From a virus: DNA of 12,822 nt. A program made the translations under genes and the position numbers. Every line of letters starts with the position of its first letter. Position 1 is the first letter of the stretch. Below the pieces are notes generated by a model that searched no databases, was not told the DNA's origin, and saw only the letters and a program-made list of their open reading frames with translations. This document shows positions 6,002 to 12,117 of the stretch, piece by piece. Location of the stretch: UHGV virus genome UHGV-1325350. One strand, written 5' to 3'.

Positions 6002-6997
6002 TCAGTTATTGAACGTGATCACTCCGCGCTCAATGGCGAAGTCGAAAAGCTGGTTAGCGGCTACGTAAAGGCGGATGCCATGTGCTTTTTCCCATGCCCG
6101 GACATCGTTTTCTGCGCTTCTGGCGCAGTCATCGCAAAGAGGAACAGCCCAGCGGTCGTGTTCGTTTAACGAGCGGGCGCGGTACATGAATGGGTGGTTA
6201 ACTTTGCCACCGCATCCGATGCACGGACGAGAAACCACAAACCGGAGATAAGCCGGGCTTTTACCGAGGACCGCTTTTGGTCGGCGCATATAAAGCAGGC
6301 CGGAATCCTCATCTACAGACAGGTTGACGATCTGCTCTGCGGTTATGTCCACCAGCTCGCGGGTACTGTGCTCCCAGGTGATATCTGATTCTTTCAGCGT
6401 ACCGGTAGGGATTTCAGTTTTTGGCTGACAAAATGCAATGCGACCGGCTTCATCTGGCAGCTCATCTTTCAGATTCCGGCGAATGGCCCAAAAAGTGAGT
6501 TCAACCATGCTCAGATCGCGTTCTGGCGGTAGTTTTAACTCGCTCGCAGCCCAGTTCATAACCCAGTTGGCACGATTCAGGGATAACTGGTCGTCCAGCT
6601 TGCTGTACCCCTTCATCATGTATTCCGCATCATGCTTCCAGCACAGGCGAACGGCAGAGCCGTTATAGAAATGAGTGGTTAGCTGGTGGCTGCAATCGCG
6701 CTTATCGTGCGCCTGGCAATCGTGGATATTGGAACTTACCCAATGAACAAGCGAATCTTCACCGCCCAACGCGTTAAATACGCGCTCGCTTTGAAAAAAC
6801 GGTTTCAGAGACTGGTTGGCAACCAGCGAATAATTCAGATCCACTACGCCATCTGGCGTGTTTTCAGCCTGTTCACGCGGAAGTGGGGAGATAATGAAAC
6901 GGCGACCTACGCCAATGTAGTTACTGGTGGGCTTGTCTACCGGAAAGACAGCCACACCAGCTCCGTTTACGAAATGAGGTGTGATTATTGCACTCAT
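6002..6997 (-). CDS. DUF968-like phage protein with C-terminal Cys/His cluster (possible His-Me finger/HNH-like nuclease), 331 aa
   Basis: C-terminus PCIGCGG-x3-H...NEHD...VPLCDDC resembles the C-x2-C...H...H...LPLC pattern in the Ref-like protein at 11208-11786. A second Cys/His-rich patch lies near residues 90-130. Weak Shine-Dalgarno. Preceded by an operator-like palindrome. Confidence 0.55.
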   Translation of the reverse strand: MSAIITPHFVNGAGVAVFPVDKPTSNYIGVGRRFIISPLPREQAENTPDGVVDLNYSLVANQSLKPFFQSERVFNALGGEDSLVHWVSSNIHDCQAHDKRDCSHQLTTHFYNGSAVRLCWKHDAEYMMKGYSKLDDQLSLNRANWVMNWAASELKLPPERDLSMVELTFWAIRRNLKDELPDEAGRIAFCQPKTEIPTGTLKESDITWEHSTRELVDITAEQIVNLSVDEDSGLLYMRRPKAVLGKSPAYLRFVVSRPCIGCGGKVNHPFMYRARSLNEHDRWAVPLCDDCARSAENDVRAWEKAHGIRLYVAANQLFDFAIERGVITFNN

Positions 6998-7038
6998 AAT
7001 GTATACCGACTCTGTTTTGTTCCGAGCGGTAAAATAAT

Positions 7039-7069
7039 ATGTTAGAAAACTAAAATCAATGTTCTAACA
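7039..7069. promoter_or_regulatory. Operator-like palindrome TGTTAGAA-N14-TTCTAACA containing the recurring 11-mer ATGTTAGAAAA; possible internal promoter
   Basis: Perfect 8-bp inverted arms at 7040-7047 and 7062-7069 in the 97-bp gap between the phosphatase and DUF968 genes. On the minus strand TTGATT (plus 7054-7059) sits between the arms as a -35 candidate. The same 11-mer recurs at 11129-11139 and 11787-11797. Confidence 0.5.
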
Positions 7070-7094
7070 CATTATGAGTGCGTAAATGATTTGA

Positions 7095-7784
7095 TCAGAC
7101 TTTAAGCTGCCCTCCCTTCACCTGCATTAGCGTCAGATTTCCGCAAAAAACCGCGCCCGTGTCTATGTAGTGCTGATTCCAGTATGCTTTTGGTCTTCGT
7201 ACCGGTGTGTGCCCAAAGATAAAGCGATCTGCGCCTGTGATTTCTCCACCAATGCCATCTATCGAATCACTGATACGCTCGCGCGCCCAGACAACGTTGA
7301 AAAGCGGCACCTCCTTACCGAATTGATATTCATTATCCGGATAGTCGGCATGGGCTATAACGATAGTTTCTTGCCCGGTGTTCAACTCAATGATATAGGG
7401 CAGTCGTCTTACCAACTCCACCAGCGCCCTGGCTAATATTTCCTGATCAGCGTCCAGCATGAAGAACCATTGACCGCCATTCATTAGCCAGTTATTCACG
7501 TTGCCATCAGGACTTAACGCATCGAGCATCAACAGCTCATGGTTCCCCACTACTGCCCTGAACCAGGGCATCTGCAATAGCTCCAGGCATTCAACATTTT
7601 CGGCGCCGCGATCGATAAGGTCGCCAACCGATATCAGTAAATCCTGTGTCGGGTCAAAATCCACACGATGGAGTTCATTCATAAGTAGGGTGTAGCAACC
7701 GTGCAAATCACCAACAACCCATATGTTTCTGTAGCCTGAACCATCAATACGGCTATATAACGCCTGGTCGTTAACGGTGATCAT
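7095..7784 (-). CDS. Ser/Thr protein phosphatase, lambda PPase (NinI/PrpA)-like metallophosphatase (229 aa)
   Basis: PPP-family motifs GDLHG, GDLIDRG and GNHE in the expected order. Close resemblance throughout to lambda PPase as I recall it. ATG overlaps the upstream TGA (ATGA). Confidence 0.9.
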   Translation of the reverse strand: MITVNDQALYSRIDGSGYRNIWVVGDLHGCYTLLMNELHRVDFDPTQDLLISVGDLIDRGAENVECLELLQMPWFRAVVGNHELLMLDALSPDGNVNNWLMNGGQWFFMLDADQEILARALVELVRRLPYIIELNTGQETIVIAHADYPDNEYQFGKEVPLFNVVWARERISDSIDGIGGEITGADRFIFGHTPVRRPKAYWNQHYIDTGAVFCGNLTLMQVKGGQLKV

Positions 7785-8008
7785 TCTGCAACATCCTCCA
7801 AATCAGCAACCGCGTCCATCACATCAGAACCGCGAATAACTTCAAAAGCGCGGCAGGCCATTTGAAATACCTGTTGTTCTTGCGGGTGCGGAGACTCCCA
7901 ATATTTGAAGCCTGGGCGATGCGTGTACCCCATCATGGAATAAAAATCGCCAGCAAGTTCAATCGCGGCATCAACAAGTTCGCGATTAGTCATTCGCTTT
8001 GCTGCCAT
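7781..8008 (-). CDS. Hypothetical small phage protein (75 aa)
   Basis: ATG at 8006-8008 preceded by AGGAG at 8 nt. Acidic C-terminus. Overlaps the upstream gene by 23 nt. Confidence 0.55.
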   Translation of the reverse strand: MAAKRMTNRELVDAAIELAGDFYSMMGYTHRPGFKYWESPHPQEQQVFQMACRAFEVIRGSDVMDAVADLEDVAE

Positions 8009-8279
8009 TTGCTTTCTCCTGTCGGAACATCACGATCATCAGGTCACCTTTTGTCGCTATCCTGGCTGTTGTGCCAGGCTCAATGCGGCTAAGTTCAAAT
8101 GCGTCATAGAACGCCTCTAACGCTTTCTGGCGTCTCTCCTGTTTGCGGCGCTTTCCCCACTGCATTAGAAAAACAGAGGCCGCCCACTTCCCCGCACTGA
8201 ACATGATGTAAAACCAACCGAGCAGGGCCAAACCTGTGTTGAGGGCCGTATCGAGCGTTATCGTGGTGTCGATATTCAC
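7986..8279 (-). CDS. Small membrane protein (97 aa, GTG start), one or two TM segments followed by a basic cytoplasmic region
   Basis: GTG at 8277-8279 overlaps the TGA of the upstream gene (GTGA) and is preceded by AGGGGG. Hydrophobic stretch TALNTGLALLGWFYIMFSAGKWAASVFLM followed by KRRKQERRQK. Confidence 0.55.
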   Translation of the reverse strand: MNIDTTITLDTALNTGLALLGWFYIMFSAGKWAASVFLMQWGKRRKQERRQKALEAFYDAFELSRIEPGTTARIATKGDLMIVMFRQEKANGSKAND

Positions 8280-8986
8280 TGATTGCCCCCTTCCCTAAGC
8301 TGTTCTGCACAATGCAGCAGCGCACCTGTCGCATCTTTAAGCGTCACTAGCTCGTCATCATCCAGTCCTACTCCCCTCGCGTCCCTGACAAACGCCGCGC
8401 AAAGGTCGTTAAACGCCCCCGCCCGCACTTCAGCCAGGAAAGCGCCAGTAGCAGGGGTGTCAATGCAAACACTGTCACGAAGGATGAAGAACGCATTAAG
8501 CATTCCTCTTTCTGGTACATCGTCCTGGCATTCCTCATATGCAACCAATGCATCCATCATTTTCTGACCGAATTGCTGAGGGTGTGCAGATTTCAGTGCT
8601 ATATTCTCCGCCGCCAGCGTCGCGCGATTGCTCTCCAGTTCTGCAATGCGCTGTTTTGCAGCATCAAGTTCAATCGATAATTTTTCCAACTGCTCTTTAT
8701 GCTTCTTGTATTCCTGATATGCGTGCCAGGACTGACCTTTGCGCACACTATCAGTAATATCAGTAATCTGTTCTGGTGTTAGCGTGGTCAGTGGCTGTGC
8801 TGGGAAAATCAGCACTTTCCCGGAATCCCAATCAAAACCAGCGTGAATTGACTGAACCTCAACTGAGGGTGTTGAACCAATGCTGCCAGGCGAATGAACA
8901 ACGATCGTTACATCCATATCGCGACGATGGCTGTGGTTGTTGGACAAAATACGATTCACCAACTCAGAAAATTTGGAAAATTTCAT
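8276..8986 (-). CDS. Ead/Ea22-like coiled-coil protein, paralog B (236 aa from ATG 8984-8986; ORF track GTG at 9037)
   Basis: The ATG overlaps the TGA of the ClpX-ZBD-like gene (ATGA) and is preceded by AGGGA. Central segment [18 protein letters not shown] shared with paralogs A and C. Confidence 0.6.
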   Translation of the reverse strand: MKFSKFSELVNRILSNNHSHRRDMDVTIVVHSPGSIGSTPSVEVQSIHAGFDWDSGKVLIFPAQPLTTLTPEQITDITDSVRKGQSWHAYQEYKKHKEQLEKLSIELDAAKQRIAELESNRATLAAENIALKSAHPQQFGQKMMDALVAYEECQDDVPERGMLNAFFILRDSVCIDTPATGAFLAEVRAGAFNDLCAAFVRDARGVGLDDDELVTLKDATGALLHCAEQLREGGNQ

Positions 8987-9309
8987 GCTGATTCCCTTTG
9001 CTCTTCCTGGATAATGTTGTTGCAATCTTTCACGCACTCGTCGCAGATGAAAACGTTGTCCCCGGCAATTAACTTTTTAACGGTGTGCTGGGATTTGTTG
9101 CAGAAGCTGCAATAAAGCGTTGGACTGGCTGATACGGATGGTGCGCCAGATGTCAGCCGCGCGATGTCGTTCTTGCGACGCAATATCACACGGCTGCACT
9201 CGACCAGCATCTCCGGGGATATCTCCTCCTCCGTAGCGAGCGTCTCTAATCGTTCGAGTATGTGGAAGGCTTTTTCCTGGGTAATTGCAGAATGAGATGT
9301 GGTCATCAT
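8983..9309 (-). CDS. Free-standing ClpX-type C4 zinc-binding domain protein (ClpX N-domain mimic), 108 aa
   Basis: C-terminal [39 protein letters not shown] aligns nearly residue-for-residue with the E. coli ClpX N-terminal zinc-binding domain ([39 protein letters not shown]), including all four Cys. No AAA+ module follows. ATG overlaps the upstream TGA; AGGGG Shine-Dalgarno. Confidence 0.85.
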   Translation of the reverse strand: MMTTSHSAITQEKAFHILERLETLATEEEISPEMLVECSRVILRRKNDIARLTSGAPSVSASPTLYCSFCNKSQHTVKKLIAGDNVFICDECVKDCNNIIQEEQRESA

Positions 9310-10007
9310 CTTTCCCCTTCAAAGTTCGGGCGCAGGCAGGATTGTCCTTTACGAAGCAGGGCTGCGAACCTGTCGGCCGCATCCGCGCAAGCAGAAGCAA
9401 CGGAATCAAAAAATGGATCATCTCCGGTATCGCGCATCGTCAAAGCGAATGCCTCCAATCCCTTAGCCTGTATTTCTACAAGATAAGCCTCAGATATAGT
9501 GCTTTTCGCTTCACCTAACTCGTTATGAGCTATGTTCGCTACGCATGCGATGTCTATATCTGGATGATTAATTGGGAGATGGCTAAGAATTGCCTCAAGT
9601 GCTGCTTTTTTGTTTTGGCATTCCGCCACCAGCGCCCCGCTATTGCTTTCCAGCTCTGCAATACACTTTTTAGCGGCCTCCAGCTCAACACGCAGCTTCT
9701 CAAGCGTTAGGGCCATCTCCACGTTCTCGTCCAGAAGTTCAATCACATCAGGATCGCTACCATCAACTACTGATATGCGCGAATTTTTGTAATGCTCGTC
9801 AGCATAAGTTCGTCCAGTTTTGAAGCATCCGTCATCCTCCATGCCGGAACAGGCATAAACAACATGTGATCCAGATATGCGCTGCATTGACATTTCCTCG
9901 CCACAAACAGGGCATTTAGGCGCTGGTTTCGGTGAATAACGTTCACGTAACGGATAGTAAAGCTCGATCTCCGCCAGTTGCTCTGGCGTTAAACCTTCAG
10001 ACTTCAT
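9306..10007 (-). CDS. Ead/Ea22-like coiled-coil protein, paralog C, with N-terminal Cys-rich zinc-ribbon-like segment (233 aa)
   Basis: ATG at 10005-10007 with AAGGAG at 5 nt. CPVCGEE...CSGMEDDGC near the N-terminus. Central [18 protein letters not shown] shared with paralogs A and B. Confidence 0.65.
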   Translation of the reverse strand: MKSEGLTPEQLAEIELYYPLRERYSPKPAPKCPVCGEEMSMQRISGSHVVYACSGMEDDGCFKTGRTYADEHYKNSRISVVDGSDPDVIELLDENVEMALTLEKLRVELEAAKKCIAELESNSGALVAECQNKKAALEAILSHLPINHPDIDIACVANIAHNELGEAKSTISEAYLVEIQAKGLEAFALTMRDTGDDPFFDSVASACADAADRFAALLRKGQSCLRPNFEGER

Positions 10008-10314
10008 GTACTCTCCTTTCGAAATAAACGTACTGATTAATCATGCCCAGGGGCATTTCGAGTTTTTCCGCGATCTCACGGCGGGGAACACCACACTGAT
10101 GAAGCTGCCGTGCCAGTTCTATATCGCTCTGCCGGTATTTGGCTGACGGATGAAAGTCTCCTTTCAGAATCATGCTGATCCCCAGCTCCCGCGCTTTAGT
10201 CCTGACGGCATCACCGGTACGACCGATCAGCTTCCCAATACTCTCTACCGTCATAGTTCCGGCGCACTGGCGGAGTATCATGATTTCTGCCCTTCCCCAT
10301 CCCCGCCAGCTCAC
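9997..10314 (-). CDS. Small DNA-binding protein with two helix-turn-helix-like segments (105 aa with GTG start; 94 aa if internal ATG)
   Basis: Segments MTVESIGKLIGRTGDAVRTKARELGIS and SDIELARQLHQCGVPRREIAEKLEMP each look like an HTH (resolvase/sigma region 4 style). GTG at 10312-10314 overlaps the TGA of the DUF4406 gene (GTGA). Confidence 0.55.
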   Translation of the reverse strand: MSWRGWGRAEIMILRQCAGTMTVESIGKLIGRTGDAVRTKARELGISMILKGDFHPSAKYRQSDIELARQLHQCGVPRREIAEKLEMPLGMINQYVYFERRVHEV

Positions 10315-10934
10315 GCCGACATCCTCCGAGACATAAACTCCACAAAACGAACTGCATCTTCAGAAACAACACCGCATGACTTCAGATAATTCATTGCGTC
10401 ATTAGGTAGCGGATTAGTTGGTTCGGCATTTGCCAGGGATTGAGATAAACGCGTGATTAATTTGACCATTCTCCGCTGTCGGAGGTTGTATCCTTCGGCT
10501 AAAGACAGGTAACTGGAAAGGGTATTGCTTAAGCGAGCGCGAAGCTGATCCGTGCCGTGACATTCAATAGCAACATCACGCAACGCATCGACCAGTTCGC
10601 GGTAAATATGCGCTGCCATTCTGCAATCTGTGTCAGATGGCGCTTCATAAATTACCGTCAGCTCCAGTTTTTCAGCCAGGGCGTGTTCTGCTCGTGCTCC
10701 TGCGGACGCTTCCCAGCCCTTAAGCAGATAGATAGCATCAGCAGAACGCACCATTGCCAGGCAAATATCCATGTATTCACTCTGACAAAGTCCACCAGGT
10801 AACACCGCTGGATTCAGAACGATATGCCCTTCAGCCGTCAGCTCACTCGCCTTCGCATTAAACGCCGCGCGGTTGTAATCTGGATAACCAGTCATCGGAC
10901 CCGCGATGTAAATTTTCAAAACACGTTTCACCAT
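10311..10934 (-). CDS. DUF4406 (nucleoside 2-deoxyribosyltransferase-like fold) protein with about 110-aa C-terminal extension (207 aa from ATG 10932-10934; ORF track TTG at 10961)
   Basis: N-terminal KIYIAGPMTGYPDYNRAAFNAKASELTAEGHIVLNP matches the YI(A/S)GPMTG...N...AF signature remembered for DUF4406/NDT-like proteins. The ATG overlaps the stop of the upstream 51-aa ORF (TGATG); GGGGAA Shine-Dalgarno. Confidence 0.6.
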   Translation of the reverse strand: MVKRVLKIYIAGPMTGYPDYNRAAFNAKASELTAEGHIVLNPAVLPGGLCQSEYMDICLAMVRSADAIYLLKGWEASAGARAEHALAEKLELTVIYEAPSDTDCRMAAHIYRELVDALRDVAIECHGTDQLRARLSNTLSSYLSLAEGYNLRQRRMVKLITRLSQSLANAEPTNPLPNDAMNYLKSCGVVSEDAVRFVEFMSRRMSA

Positions 10935-11089
10935 CAAAATTTCCCCAGCATCGTGACGCAAAACATAAGCACTGCAAAAAGCTCAATACCAAGCTCAAGT
11001 AGCGCCAACGCGCCGAAAAACAGCACATAAAACAGGCCGATCTCATTCACAGGTGGCTGGTGGATCGCACTTAAGGCTATAAGCATCAT
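10934..11089 (-). CDS. Small hydrophobic membrane protein, 51 aa; first gene of the leftward operon (not in ORF track)
   Basis: My translation: MMLIALSAIHQPPVNEIGLFYVLFFGALALLELGIELFAVLMFCVTMLGKF. GGAGGA Shine-Dalgarno just upstream of tandem ATG (11084-11089). TGA overlaps the ATG of the DUF4406 gene. Confidence 0.4.
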   Translation of the reverse strand: MMLIALSAIHQPPVNEIGLFYVLFFGALALLELGIELFAVLMFCVTMLGKF

Positions 11090-11115
11090 GTCCTCCAAAC
11101 AGTAAACAGCGACTG

Positions 11116-11143
11116 ATATTAATGTTTTATGTTAGAAAATCAA
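11116..11143 (-). promoter_or_regulatory. Predicted sigma70 promoter of the leftward operon (-35 TTGATT, 16-bp spacer, -10 TAATAT on minus strand)
   Basis: Minus-strand sequence TTGATT-TTCTAACATAAAACAT-TAATAT. The operator half-site TTCTAACAT lies in the spacer. About 25 nt upstream of the GGAGGA Shine-Dalgarno of the first ORF. Confidence 0.55.
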
Positions 11144-11159
11144 TTTTGAATATCTAACA
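11130..11159. promoter_or_regulatory. Operator-like palindrome TGTTAGA-N16-TCTAACA in the divergent control region
   Basis: Inverted 7-bp arms at 11130-11136 and 11153-11159. Contains the 11-mer ATGTTAGAAAA (11129-11139) also found at 7039-7049 and, in opposite orientation, at 11787-11797. Lies between the leftward operon and the rightward Ref-like gene. Confidence 0.55.
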
Positions 11160-11207
11160 AATATGATCAATCATAAAAAAATCGCTGATAAGTAAGAGGC
11201 AGCCAAC

Positions 11208-11786
11208 ATGCAGAGACAGAGTTATTGGGAGAAACAGAGACAAAAAGCCATGCAAAAACTGGCTGATCCGGAATGGCGGGAAGAGCAAAGGGCAAAACGT
11301 CTTCAGCAGGCTCAACGCCAGCAGCAACGCGCAAGGGAAAAAGCCGCATCGCCTGAATATCGTCAAAAGAAACTTGAAAAAGTGAGGCAAAATGAACAGC
11401 GCAGAAGAGAGAGGGCGGCGTCAGCCCTCCCCAAAAAAACGCGCCCGTCACGCGGATTAAAAGGGAGATCACTCACAGCAGAAGAGCGCCGGATACAGGA
11501 CGCTATAGGCAAACTCCCCTGTATTGCCTGCCATCTTCACGGGAAGCATAGCCCTGTCGTATCTCTCCACCACATATTTGGCAGAACGGCTAAAGATGCC
11601 CATAAATACGTTCTCCCTTTGTGTAAATGGCACCACCAGCACGCAGCGCCAGCAGAGATCCGCGAACAATATCCCTGGTTGGTTCCTGTTCATGCTGATG
11701 GAAAAATAGGCGGGAAAGCAGATTTTATACGGCACAATGCCGAAGAGATGACGCTCTATCAGACGGTGCAAGAAATGGTGAATTAA
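11208..11786 (+). CDS. ref: Ref-like recombination enhancement function protein: HNH-type nuclease with basic low-complexity N-terminal half (phage P1 Ref-like), 192 aa
   Basis: N-terminal about 95 residues are K/R/Q/E-rich and look disordered. C-terminal half carries a His-Me finger/HNH-like motif (CIACHLHGKH...SLHHIFGR...LPLCKWHHQH). AAGAGG Shine-Dalgarno 8 nt upstream of the ATG. Architecture matches what is known for P1 Ref. Confidence 0.6.
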   Translation: MQRQSYWEKQRQKAMQKLADPEWREEQRAKRLQQAQRQQQRAREKAASPEYRQKKLEKVRQNEQRRRERAASALPKKTRPSRGLKGRSLTAEERRIQDAIGKLPCIACHLHGKHSPVVSLHHIFGRTAKDAHKYVLPLCKWHHQHAAPAEIREQYPWLVPVHADGKIGGKADFIRHNAEEMTLYQTVQEMVN

Positions 11787-11805
11787 TTTTCTAACATTTT
11801 ATGTT
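11787..11805. promoter_or_regulatory. Third copy of the operator 11-mer (TTTTCTAACAT) with small palindrome AACAT-TTT-ATGTT, immediately after the ref stop
   Basis: Exact 11-mer at 11787-11797 in forward orientation. A possible rightward promoter follows (TTGAGT 11804-11809, 17 bp, TACATT 11827-11832). Confidence 0.4.
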
Positions 11806-11910
11806 GAGTTTGAAATTTACTGATTGTACATTTTGATTAGATTGGTTCACCGCTCGACGCAACGAGACAAATCCTCAAGGATTTCGTATGATTGCCAATG
11901 TCATAGTTAT

Positions 11911-11977
11911 GGCAGCGCAATACAGGTGGCTAAAAGCCCCCGTTGACTCACGGTGTTCCAACCTGTATTGCGCCGCC
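11911..11977. repeat. Long inverted repeat (13-bp perfect arms GCGCAATACAGGT / ACCTGTATTGCGC, extendable to about 19 bp with 2 mismatches, 33-bp spacer)
   Basis: Arms at 11915-11927 and 11961-11973. No U-run follows, so it is not a typical intrinsic terminator. Lies in a 330-bp region without a confident gene. Confidence 0.6.
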
Positions 11978-12117
11978 ACCAGACCGTGGAACAGTCTGTG
12001 ACGGCTTCGAAAGCAAGGAGTCACTATGAACAATTACAAACTTTTCCCATCACTCACCGTCTACTCACGCAATAACCTGCGTTCTTTGCTCCCATCAAAA
12101 CTGGAGGGAGTATCAAA

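Noticed and set aside
8283-8757. Plus-strand ORFs (8283-8567, 8539-8757) rich in Ser/Ala/Pro
   Set aside because: They are antisense to the Ead/Ea22-like gene B, lack ribosome-binding sites, and have composition typical of reverse-frame shadows.
11154-11472. Minus-strand ORFs antisense to ref (11154-11390, 11167-11472, 11469-11771)
   Set aside because: They overlap the well-supported Ref-like gene, are hydrophobic or low-complexity, and have no start context.
11888-12013. 41-codon ORF overlapping the long inverted repeat
   Set aside because: It has an AAGGA Shine-Dalgarno, but the sequence is dominated by the palindrome arms, so the open frame may be incidental; kept only as a note under the inverted-repeat finding.
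11800-12117. tRNA or tmRNA fragment / attachment site
   Set aside because: No cloverleaf-compatible stems or conserved T-loop (GTTCRANYC) could be found by eye; the inverted repeat does not fit a tRNA arm.
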